This document shows, one piece after another, positions 49,899-56,954 of a stretch of 64,000 bases of DNA. The first letter of the stretch is position 1, and each line of letters starts with the position of its first letter. The stretch lies in the sequence record PQ287320.1; one strand, 5' to 3'. The notes below the pieces were generated by a model. It worked only from the letters and a program-made list of their open reading frames with translations. It was not told where the DNA came from and searched no databases. The translations under genes and the position numbers were made by a program.

Positions 49899-49974
49899 GT
49901 CGGTCTAGCTCATGGGGTAGAGCGGCGGTCTCCAAAACCGCGCGTGGCAGGTTCGAGTCCTGCGTCCGGCGCCA
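49899..49974 (+). tRNA. trnW: tRNA-Trp(CCA)
   Basis: Cloverleaf; anticodon loop CT-CCA-AA; 3' CCA. Confidence 0.85.
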
Positions 49975-49979
49975 TTTCC

Positions 49980-50054
49980 GCATCCGTCGTATATGGGTTA
50001 TTGCTTCGCGTTGCCAACGCGACGAACCGGGTTCGAGTCCCGGCGGATGCTCCA
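49980..50054 (+). tRNA. trnG: tRNA-Gly(GCC)
   Basis: Loop TT-GCC-AA; GTTCGA; CCA. Confidence 0.9.
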
Positions 50055-50059
50055 ATCAT

Positions 50060-50133
50060 GCGGGTATAGCTCAAAGGGAGAGCTACTGCCTTCCAAGCAG
50101 AAGATGCGGGTTCGAGCCCCGCTATCCGCTCCA
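50060..50133 (+). tRNA. trnG: tRNA-Gly(TCC)
   Basis: Loop CT-TCC-AA; CCA. Confidence 0.9.
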
Positions 50134-50136
50134 ACA

Positions 50137-50241
50137 TCGCGGTGAGGTGAGAACGCCCTCCTCACGCTCCACCCTCGGGTGGGAAAGTAGGCCAACCGGC
50201 AGGCCCAAGAGATGCGGGACCAGGGGACCCCGCCACCGCGA
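50137..50241 (+). ncRNA. Candidate ~105-nt structured RNA of unknown class
   Basis: 8-bp closing stem TCGCGGTG/CACCGCGA with three internal hairpins, followed by a T-tract. Confidence 0.4.
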
Positions 50242-50396
50242 ATTTTTCTTCCTCGACAGCTTGACAGCCGTCGTGTTTTGTGAGAGCCTTCACACACTAT
50301 GACGTACCACCTCACCTTCCGAGAGCGAGAGGCCGTTTCGGGCCTCGATACCACCGCCGCCTAACAAGCGGCTCTGGTTGCCGAGGCCTCATGTTT

Positions 50397-50475
50397 GGCC
50401 CGGTCGTCTATTTGGAATTGAGGATACCTGCCTTTCAAGCAGGAGAGCGGAGTTCGAACCTCCGGCGGGTCACCA
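50397..50475 (+). tRNA. trnE: tRNA-Glu(TTC)
   Basis: Loop CT-TTC-AA; CCA. Confidence 0.85.
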
Positions 50476-50494
50476 TCCTCCCATCTCTGTCTCT

Positions 50495-50569
50495 GGTACC
50501 GTCGTATATGGGTTATTATCGCCGGCTGTCTCCCGGCTGAAACGGGTTCGAGTCCCGTCGGTATCGCCA
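50495..50569 (+). tRNA. trnD: tRNA-Asp(GTC)
   Basis: Loop CT-GTC-TC; CCA. Confidence 0.9.
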
Positions 50570-50634
50570 CCCTCGTAGCAAATCCAGGTTCCCAGCGCCG
50601 GGCTGATCCGCGCGCCTGGATGCACGAGGTCCCC

Positions 50635-50859
50635 ATGTCCATCCTTGACGTCCGTTCGCAGTCGAGCACGAGCCTCCTGCGTCACGTCTCCACCCAGTCC
50701 CCGATTGCGGAAGCGGCTCGCACCGAGTTGCTGACCCGAGGCCTCGTACCGCTCCTCACGCGGCACAACGGCTGGCATCTCGCCCCGCGCGAGCCCTTTC
50801 CGCAGCATCTCATCCCGCACCCTGATCCGCTCGGTCGCTACACGTGGCGGGCGGGATGA
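50635..50859 (+). CDS. Small hypothetical protein within the tRNA array
   Basis: GAGG RBS. Confidence 0.5.
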   Translation: MSILDVRSQSSTSLLRHVSTQSPIAEAARTELLTRGLVPLLTRHNGWHLAPREPFPQHLIPHPDPLGRYTWRAG

Positions 50860-51205
50860 AGATTTTTCTCACGACCTGCTTGACATCCGTCGAAAGTTGT
50901 GAGAGCTTAATGACTGTCACGGATCACGACACTCTCCGGAGTGCAAAAGCGTGGTCCTTCCCTTATTCCAGGCCGCCAGCGGGCGGCCAGTCGAGAGCTA
51001 TCATGTTCGCCTTGTCGCATAACAGCCTGAGCACGAAAGCCGCCTCCCCGGCGAAGCTTTCGCTTGCCTCGCTGGCGACGCTGGCCAGCCCCTCGACCAA
51101 GCCGACCACCTCGGCCTCGCACTCGACGGAAACCCACTAGGGTATCTCGTCTCGGGTGCAGGCCTTGGAGCCGCACCCGCTACCAACATCCTGTTGACCT
51201 AGCGC

Positions 51206-51243
51206 AAGGCGGCTCCTGAACAAGGAGACCGCCTTTTCTTTTT
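51206..51243 (+). terminator. Intrinsic terminator
   Basis: AAGGCGGCTCC/GGAGACCGCCTT plus T-tract. Confidence 0.75.
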
Positions 51244-51255
51244 CGCGTTGATCAT

Positions 51256-51331
51256 CGGGGTGTAGCTCAGTCGGTAGAGCGCTCGGTTCGGGACCGAGAG
51301 GCCGTGGGTTCGAGTCCCGCCACCCAGACCA
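51256..51331 (+). tRNA. trnP: tRNA-Pro(CGG)
   Basis: Loop TT-CGG-GA; CCA. Confidence 0.9.
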
Positions 51332-51338
51332 ACGCCAT

Positions 51339-51415
51339 CGGGATGTAGCTCAGCTTGGGAGAGCGCGCGGCTGGGGGCCGCGAGGCCGCAGGTTCAAGTC
51401 CTGCCACCCCGACCA
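51339..51415 (+). tRNA. trnP: tRNA-Pro(GGG)
   Basis: Loop CT-GGG-GG; CCA. Confidence 0.9.
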
Positions 51416-51420
51416 ACATC

Positions 51421-51493
51421 GCTGTTGCGCATGGCTTTGCGCCCGCCCCTTGGTATGGGGAGGTAGAAGGTTCAATTCCTTCCAGCAGCACCA
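51421..51493 (+). tRNA. trnT: tRNA-Thr(GGT), atypical D arm
   Basis: Loop TT-GGT-AT; GCTGTTG/CAGCAGC acceptor; CCA. Confidence 0.7.
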
Positions 51494-51498
51494 AAAAC

Positions 51499-51568
51499 GC
51501 CGATGCCTCTAGGAGGACGCGCCTTTCGTAAGGGTGCGAGACGGGTGCGATCCCTGTCTTCGGCTCCA
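51499..51568 (+). tRNA. trnT: tRNA-Thr(CGT), degenerate
   Basis: Loop TT-CGT-AA; T-loop TGCGATC; CCA. Confidence 0.55.
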
Positions 51569-51609
51569 CCATACGCGAGACCAGGAGACATCGCAACCAG
51601 ACAGAACAC

Positions 51610-51692
51610 GGATCGGGAACGTAAAGCTAGGCCGGGCCAGCAGTGGGCTCTTAATCCACGCGTAAGGGGTTCGACTCCCTCCCGATTCTCCA
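51610..51692 (+). tRNA. trnK: tRNA-Lys(CTT), atypical; 5' end uncertain
   Basis: Loop CT-CTT-AA; GTTCGA; CCA. Confidence 0.65.
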
Positions 51693-51696
51693 ACAT

Positions 51697-51786
51697 GCAC
51701 GAGTGACCCGAGCGGCGAAGGGCGTCGACTTTTAATCGACTGGGCGTCCAGCCTCACCGAGGGTTCGAGTCCCTCCTCGTGCTCCA
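51697..51786 (+). tRNA. trnK: tRNA-Lys(TTT) with long variable arm
   Basis: GTCGA-CT-TTT-AA-TCGAC; ~18-nt extra arm; CCA. Confidence 0.75.
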
Positions 51787-51792
51787 AGATGT

Positions 51793-51878
51793 GCGAAAGT
51801 GGCGGAACAAGGTAGACGCACCGGTCTCAGGTACCGGCGGCTTCGGTCATGAGGGTTCGAGTCCCTCCTTTCGTACCA
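51793..51878 (+). tRNA. trnL: tRNA-Leu(CAG)
   Basis: Class II body; loop CT-CAG-GT. Confidence 0.9.
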
Positions 51879-51885
51879 ACGACAT

Positions 51886-51970
51886 GCCGGTCTGGCGGAA
51901 ATGGCAGACGCAGTGGCTTCAAGTCCCACCGCCTTCGGGCGTCCCGGTTCGATGCCGGGGACCGGCACCA
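51886..51970 (+). tRNA. trnL: tRNA-Leu(CAA)
   Basis: Class II body; loop TT-CAA-GT. Confidence 0.85.
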
Positions 51971-51976
51971 GACTGA

Positions 51977-52064
51977 TGCGAAGTGGCGGAACTTGGTAGA
52001 CGCACCGGCATGAGAGGCCGGCGCCCTTCGGGGCGTGAGGGTTCGAGTCCCTTCTTCGCGACCA
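51977..52064 (+). tRNA. trnL: tRNA-Leu(GAG)
   Basis: Class II body; loop AT-GAG-AG. Confidence 0.85.
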
Positions 52065-52067
52065 ATA

Positions 52068-52129
52068 TCCCGAACGGGAAGATTCCTGGCGGCGCGGCCG
52101 TCGCGACCTGGGAATCTTCCCGTTCGGGA
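52068..52129. repeat. 19-bp perfect inverted repeat between tRNAs
   Basis: TCCCGAACGGGAAGATTCC / GGAATCTTCCCGTTCGGGA. Confidence 0.9.
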
Positions 52130-52143
52130 AAGAACGAGATCAT

Positions 52144-52214
52144 GCTGATTGCCGCTGGGCGGATGGCGGGTTGTGTCCCCGCAATGCACGGTTCGATCCC
52201 GTGGGTCAGTACCA
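52144..52214 (+). tRNA. trnH: tRNA-His(GTG), A73, no encoded G-1
   Basis: GCGGG-TT-GTG-TC-CCCGC; GTTCGA; ACCA. Confidence 0.65.
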
Positions 52215-52219
52215 GATAC

Positions 52220-52290
52220 GGGGTATGCGCAGGGCGCAGGCATCCTTTGCAAGGAAGTCGGGGTGGGTTCGAGTCCCACATACTCCACCA
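52220..52290 (+). tRNA. trnA: tRNA-Ala(TGC)
   Basis: Loop TT-TGC-AA; G3:U70 identity pair; short D arm. Confidence 0.8.
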
Positions 52291-52294
52291 ACAT

Positions 52295-52384
52295 GGAAGG
52301 TCAACCGGACAGGCGCGCCGGGACCGCCTCGAAAGCGGATCGGACTCGAAAGGGTCTGGGGATCGAGACCTCGGCCTTCCTCCA
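52295..52384 (+). tRNA. trnS: tRNA-Ser(CGA)
   Basis: Loop CT-CGA-AA; long arm; T-loop ATCGA. Confidence 0.75.
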
Positions 52385-52388
52385 ACAT

Positions 52389-52480
52389 GGTGAGCGAACG
52401 GGACAGGCGCGCCCGGTCCGCTTGGAAAGCGAGACGCAGTCCGCAAGGGGTGTGGGATTCGAGTTCTCCGCTCACCGCCA
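52389..52480 (+). tRNA. trnS: tRNA-Ser(GGA)
   Basis: Loop TT-GGA-AA; long arm; G73. Confidence 0.8.
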
Positions 52481-52484
52481 TCAT

Positions 52485-52574
52485 GGTATGCGAACCGGAC
52501 AGCCGCGCCGGCGCCGTTTGCTAAACGAGCGGGGCTCGCAAGGGCCTGGGGATGGTGTCCTCCGCCTACCGCCA
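52485..52574 (+). tRNA. trnS: tRNA-Ser(GCT), degenerate T arm
   Basis: Loop TT-GCT-AA; long arm; GCCA. Confidence 0.65.
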
Positions 52575-53016
52575 CTTCGACGTTGACACGCGTGACGCGC
52601 TCTGTCATACGTCACGACAGGACGAACGCCCCTTGACCGGGTTGGTTGTCACACCGGGTCGTCACGCCCCGTTGAGGCCCTAGTAGTCCTTTCGTGTGGA
52701 GTTTTCCGCCTCCCTCCCAGACAAGGAGGCGGACCCCAACATCGCGATCTCCCCGTGATCGTCGGCGACGGGCGCCGTCAGAGACCTCGGCCTGCGCGGC
52801 TCCGCTGCGGCCCAGGGATCGTCCCGACCAAATTTTTTATGTCGTGGTGCTTGACACCGCCAAACGCTTCTGCTAGGGTTCACGTCATGAGCAAGACTTA
52901 TCGTCAATTTGTGCGCCAGATTCAGGTCGTCCGGAATATCCGGGCGGGCCGCTCGCGCATGGCTGACGGAGGCACTCGGGTCTAACGACCCAGACCAAGC
53001 TCCACCAGCTTTCGAG

Positions 53017-53060
53017 AGGCCCGCCTGGAAACCCCAGGCGGGCCTTTTCTTTTTCTTTTT
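53017..53060 (+). terminator. Intrinsic terminator
   Basis: AGGCCCGCCTGG/CCAGGCGGGCCT plus long T-tract. Confidence 0.85.
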
Positions 53061-53114
53061 CCCTTCGCCGATCACGGAGATCGCAGATGAACAACGGAGG
53101 CTAGTCCTCCCCAT

Positions 53115-53199
53115 GGATGCTTAAAGCTGGAGGGCTCCAGCCGGGGACTGTAAATCCCCTCTCTTCGGAGGAGTGGTTCGATCCCACAAGCATCCACCA
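53115..53199 (+). tRNA. trnY: tRNA-Tyr(GTA)
   Basis: Loop CT-GTA-AA; long arm. Confidence 0.85.
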
Positions 53200-53204
53200 A
53201 CAAC

Positions 53205-53280
53205 GGACTCGTAGCTCAGCAGGTAGAGCGCCGGCTTGAAACCCCGGAGGTCGGAGGTTCGATTCCTCCCGTTTCCACCA
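53205..53280 (+). tRNA. trnF: tRNA-Phe(GAA)
   Basis: Loop TT-GAA-AC. Confidence 0.9.
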
Positions 53281-53285
53281 ACACC

Positions 53286-53361
53286 GCCCGATGAGCCAGA
53301 TGGGAAGGCATCGCCGTGACATGGCGACATTGAGAAGGTTCGATTCCTTCATCAGGCACCA
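53286..53361 (+). tRNA. trnV: tRNA-Val(GAC)
   Basis: Loop GT-GAC-AT. Confidence 0.85.
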
Positions 53362-53363
53362 AC

Positions 53364-53439
53364 GCAAGTGTAGCTCAGTTGGTAGAGCAGCGGACCGATA
53401 ATCCGCCCGTCCCTGGTTCGAGTCCAGGCATTTGCACCA
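53364..53439 (+). tRNA. trnI: tRNA-Ile(GAT)
   Basis: Loop CC-GAT-AA. Confidence 0.9.
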
Positions 53440-53446
53440 TTTCTGA

Positions 53447-53521
53447 TGTGGCATAGCTCAGGGGTAGAGCGCGCGCTTGATAAGCGTGAGGACGGGGGTT
53501 CGAAGCCCTCTGCCACTACCA
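53447..53521 (+). tRNA. trnI: tRNA-Ile(GAT), second copy
   Basis: Loop TT-GAT-AA. Confidence 0.85.
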
Positions 53522-53554
53522 GTTCCCAGGCCGGCGGAGATGCGCCGGACCTGA

Positions 53555-53630
53555 TGGCGTTTAGCATAGTGGGAGTGCAGGGGTGTCACATACCTCGATT
53601 GAACTGGTTCGATTCCAGTAACGCCAACCA
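53555..53630 (+). tRNA. trnV: tRNA-Val(CAC)
   Basis: Loop GT-CAC-AT. Confidence 0.8.
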
Positions 53631-53635
53631 AATGT

Positions 53636-53709
53636 TGAGGGTTCGTCTAACGGTAGGACGGCTGGGTCTGGTCCAGCTAATCTAGGTTCGAGTCCTAGCC
53701 CCTCATCCA
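53636..53709 (+). tRNA. trnQ: tRNA-Gln(CTG)
   Basis: Loop GT-CTG-GT. Confidence 0.85.
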
Positions 53710-53716
53710 AGTTTGT

Positions 53717-53790
53717 TCTCGGGTGGTCTAATGGTAAGACATCTGGTTTTGGTCCAGAGGATTGGGGTTCGATTCCTTGGCCGAGAACCA
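53717..53790 (+). tRNA. trnQ: tRNA-Gln(TTG)
   Basis: Loop TT-TTG-GT. Confidence 0.85.
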
Positions 53791-53805
53791 ACTACTTGAG
53801 TTTAT

Positions 53806-53880
53806 TCCAGTCAATGCACAAGGTGTGCAGCGGCACTGTTAATGCCTGTGAGCCCGGTTCGATTCCGGGGTCTGGAGCCA
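53806..53880 (+). tRNA. trnN: tRNA-Asn(GTT)
   Basis: Loop CT-GTT-AA; GCCA. Confidence 0.85.
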
Positions 53881-53908
53881 ACACGCCGGCCTTAGGGCCG
53901 GCCCACGC

Positions 53909-53991
53909 GCCCTGGTAACCGGGGAGGACTACGAATCCTCTAGCCGTAGCAGGAGTTGAGAAGGGTGGTTCGAATCCACTCCAGGGCGCCA
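53909..53991 (+). tRNA. tRNA-Arg(ACG)-like RNA lacking a D arm
   Basis: Perfect acceptor GCCCTGG/CCAGGGC; loop CT-ACG-AA; only 7 nt between acceptor and anticodon stems; ~23-nt extra region. Confidence 0.55.
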
Positions 53992-53999
53992 ATCTTTAT

Positions 54000-54082
54000 A
54001 GCGCGCAGGCCGAGCAGGATCATCGTCAGGCGTCGCCCTCCGAAGGCGAAGAGGCCCGGTTCGAGTCCGGGGCGCGCTGCCA
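54000..54082 (+). tRNA. trnR: tRNA-Arg(CCG), enlarged D region
   Basis: Loop CT-CCG-AA; AGCGCGC/GCGCGCT acceptor. Confidence 0.7.
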
Positions 54083-54087
54083 TCCCC

Positions 54088-54165
54088 GCGCGGGTAGCTC
54101 AACGGAGCCAGAGCAGCCGTCTTCTACACGGTGGGTTGGGGGTTCGAGTCCCTCCCCGTGCGCCA
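54088..54165 (+). tRNA. trnR: tRNA-Arg(TCT)
   Basis: Loop CT-TCT-AC; GCCA. Confidence 0.9.
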
Positions 54166-54194
54166 AAGCTTGACGGGCGATGCCGAATCGCCCA

Positions 54195-54690
54195 GGATCG
54201 GAGCGTAGGCCTCTTCCCGTGGGCCTGACATATACGTCCGCCAGCACTGCCATTCCGCGTCAGCGGGCGCGACGCGAGGAGGGTTAACCCCTCGTTGTCG
54301 TGCAGTCGGGTGGTGTGGACGTCCCAACGTGATCTTCGAACGCGGCATGCCGTGGAGGGGTGATCGGATGGCGAACCAAGGGACACCTCCTTATCCTGGC
54401 CTGGGCCGCATGGGGCTCCGCTGGGAGAAACGGCCTGACCCGACCGGAGGTGCGTCCAGGATGCCGGCTCCCCATGCCAGAGCCTCGTGGACTAGGGTCT
54501 GAAATTTCTGGCTTCGATGTGTTGACACGAGGATCGGAGCCCGCTACAACCCTCCTTGTCAGAGCGGCGCTGGGCCTGAAGGCCCGCCGTGAGCTTCTGT
54601 CGTTGTCGTCAGGAACGGCCCGCCAGCAATCCCGCCGGCGGGTCGTTTCGTTATGGGCGTCCTGCGACATTCAGTCGACCAAGGGTAGTG
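54195..54690 (+). ncRNA. Candidate large (~500 nt) structured ncRNA
   Basis: No credible ORF; at least nine stems found by eye, including long-range pairings; TTGACG at 54170 upstream. Confidence 0.5.
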
Positions 54691-54704
54691 TCGTGAATCT
54701 TGAC
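54690..54704 (+). promoter_or_regulatory. GANTC/-35 promoter
   Basis: GTCGTGAATCTTGACT. Confidence 0.65.
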
Positions 54705-54773
54705 TTTCGTGGGCCTTTCCGGTAGCGTGCAGACCATCAGCTATCGCTCATAAGTCGGGGACAGAGAGCCGCA

Positions 54774-55193
54774 ATGTCGCAAGACCAAACCGGCTCCGCG
54801 TCGCAGAGCCAAGAACACATCTTCCGTAAGCTGGATGAGCTTGGCGCAATGCACATGCGTACCCGTGAGGACATGGCCGAGGTGAAGGAGAAGGTGAAGA
54901 CCATCGCCTCCTCCCAGGAGCGCTTCGAGAAGCGCCAGGATCACTTCGAGCAGGAAATCTGGCGCGAGATGGAAGCTCGCCACTCCGAGACCAAGGAGTC
55001 CCTGGCCCGCATCAGCGCCGAGACCGCCGAGCGTATCGACGAGATCGAATCCAAGGTCAACACGATTCGCGAGGAGCGGATCGCCGAGAAGGCCCAATGG
55101 CGTGGCCCCGAGAAGGCGATCGCCGCACTGGTCGCGGTCGCCGGCGCGATCGCCGCGATCGCTTCCATCATGACCTTCATGAAGGCGCATTAA
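54774..55193 (+). CDS. Coiled-coil protein with C-terminal transmembrane helix
   Basis: Heptad-rich body; AIAALVAVAGAIAAIASIM. Confidence 0.7.
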   Translation: MSQDQTGSASQSQEHIFRKLDELGAMHMRTREDMAEVKEKVKTIASSQERFEKRQDHFEQEIWREMEARHSETKESLARISAETAERIDEIESKVNTIREERIAEKAQWRGPEKAIAALVAVAGAIAAIASIMTFMKAH

Positions 55194-55301
55194 GGAGTTA
55201 CAGTCAAGCTTCGGAGGGTGCGGCCAGAAGTCGCGGTTCTTGACACCCGATCTGGGCCGGAATAACCATACAGGCATCGTTCCTGGGTGGAGATTTCCTA
55301 G

Positions 55302-55520
55302 ATGCCTGCTGCGCTTACCGTGGTCTCGAAAGAGACCGAGAATACCACCCTGGAAGTCGATCTGGACGACGCTCACGGGCGTCTCATCCAGGTCCTCAAC
55401 ACCGCCGCAGAAGCGGGCCTGGGTGAGATGACGTCGGAGGTCTACGACGAGATCAAGGCCCTGCTCGAACAGGCGTCTGAAGAACTCTCGTCGTGCGGGG
55501 TTGCGCTAGGAGTCCTTTAA
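55302..55520 (+). CDS. Small acidic hypothetical protein
   Basis: GGAG RBS. Confidence 0.6.
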   Translation: MPAALTVVSKETENTTLEVDLDDAHGRLIQVLNTAAEAGLGEMTSEVYDEIKALLEQASEELSSCGVALGVL

Positions 55521-55542
55521 TCGCCATCCCAGAGGGAGCGAC

Positions 55543-56412
55543 GTGTCCGAGTCTTCTGAGTTCAACCCGCTCGACCAATCCCAGTTCCCTGCGAAAATGA
55601 CGAAGACCGCCGCGCGACAGGCGCGGCGGTTGGAGCGCAGCCAGAAAAAGGACCCCACGGCTTCCAAGCCGAACTACAAGCCTCTCGAAGGCAAGACGGA
55701 TCGCCAACGGCGTTACATCCAGTCTCTGAAGTCCGGCACGAGCGCGATCGCCATCGGCGGGGCCGGCACCGGCAAGACCTACATCCCCTCTCGCATCTTC
55801 GCCAAGAAGCTCCTGGACGGCCGCACCGAGCGGCTGATCATCGCGCGCGTCACGGCCTCGCGCCCCAAGCACGCCCTGGGCTTCCTGCCCGGCAAGCTGG
55901 AGGCCAAGCTGGCGCCGTGGCTGGTCCCGGTGGTCGAGGGCATCCGCGCCGAGATGTCGGCCCAGGCCTTCGACCAGTTGAAGGAGGCTGGCAAGATCGA
56001 GTTCGCCTCCTTCGAACACATGCGCGGCCGGACCTTCTCGGAGTGCTGCGTCCTGTTCGACGAGGCCCAGAACGCCGACTACAAGGACCTGAAGCTGGTC
56101 CTGACCCGCTGGGGCGAGGACGCTCAATATGCCGTCACCGGCGACATCGACCAGATCGACGTCGAGGACAGCGGCCTGGAGACGGTCCTGGACATCATCG
56201 AGGACCACGACGTGCCGATCGACGTCATCGAGTTCACCGACGACGATGTCGTCCGCTCGGCGATGGCCAAGCACTGGGTCAAGGCGTTCTCGGCCTATGA
56301 GGGCAAGAATCGTCCTCGGCGTTCACATCAGGCGTTCCGTGTCAACAGGAATCTTGACGCTCGCCCCGCTTTTCTCGATAATGGCCATGTCACGAAACCC
56401 GTGGCATCGTGA
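55543..56412 (+). CDS. phoH: PhoH-family ATPase
   Basis: GGAGTGKT, LGFLPG, HMRGRTF, DEAQN, TGDIDQID, DVVRS. Confidence 0.92.
   Translation: MSESSEFNPLDQSQFPAKMTKTAARQARRLERSQKKDPTASKPNYKPLEGKTDRQRRYIQSLKSGTSAIAIGGAGTGKTYIPSRIFAKKLLDGRTERLIIARVTASRPKHALGFLPGKLEAKLAPWLVPVVEGIRAEMSAQAFDQLKEAGKIEFASFEHMRGRTFSECCVLFDEAQNADYKDLKLVLTRWGEDAQYAVTGDIDQIDVEDSGLETVLDIIEDHDVPIDVIEFTDDDVVRSAMAKHWVKAFSAYEGKNRPRRSHQAFRVNRNLDARPAFLDNGHVTKPVAS
56349..56359 (+). promoter_or_regulatory. GANTC/-35 promoter (variant) for neck genes
   Basis: GAATCTTGACG. Confidence 0.5.
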
Positions 56413-56414
56413 CA
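56388..56414. repeat. TGTCACGAAACC-type palindrome copy
   Basis: TGTCACGAAACCCGTGGCATCGTGACA. Confidence 0.75.
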
Positions 56415-56432
56415 AAGTGACGTAGCGCAGCC

Positions 56433-56954
56433 ATGGCCTTCTCCTTCATCGTTGAAACGGGCGCCGGCGATCCGGCGGCGAACTCGTACTGCGACGTGCA
56501 GTTCGCGGACGACTACATCTACGCCAACGTCTATGCCAGCACCCCGTGGGAGGCCCTGGAGGACGAGGACAAGGAACGCTTCCTGGTCCGCGCCTCCAAG
56601 TACCTCGACCGCACCGTCGACTGGAACGGGACCAAGGTGGAGGAAGACTCCGGGCTGCGCTGGCCGCGCGCGGGGGTGACCGATGTCGACGGGTTCATGA
56701 TCCGCGACGACGTCATCCCGCCGCAACTGATGGAGGCGACGGCGGAATTGGCCGCCGCCCTCGTCGCCAACGACTGGACCTCGCCCCAGACGACGCGCGG
56801 CATGCGCGAAATCCAGGTCGACGTCATCGAATTGAAGTTCGACAGCGAAATCCAGCGCGGGTCGATGCCCGACATCGTCATGCAAATCCTGGAGGGCCTG
56901 GGCGTCGTAAAGACCGGCACCAAGCCCGCCTTCAAGAAGATCATCCGCCACTAA
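56433..56954 (+). CDS. Head-tail connector/adaptor (DnaT-like family)
   Basis: VETG.G...ANSY...AD.Y...L.WPR...IP. Confidence 0.8.
   Translation: MAFSFIVETGAGDPAANSYCDVQFADDYIYANVYASTPWEALEDEDKERFLVRASKYLDRTVDWNGTKVEEDSGLRWPRAGVTDVDGFMIRDDVIPPQLMEATAELAAALVANDWTSPQTTRGMREIQVDVIELKFDSEIQRGSMPDIVMQILEGLGVVKTGTKPAFKKIIRH

Noticed and set aside
50341-50390. tRNA-Val(AAC)-like hairpin
   Set aside because: Only an anticodon-like stem-loop; no T arm or CCA
54195-54690. tmRNA, RNase P or group I intron identity for the large RNA
   Set aside because: No tRNA-like 3' end or tag frame, no GAGGAAAGUCC, and no P/Q/R/S cores recognised; left as unknown class
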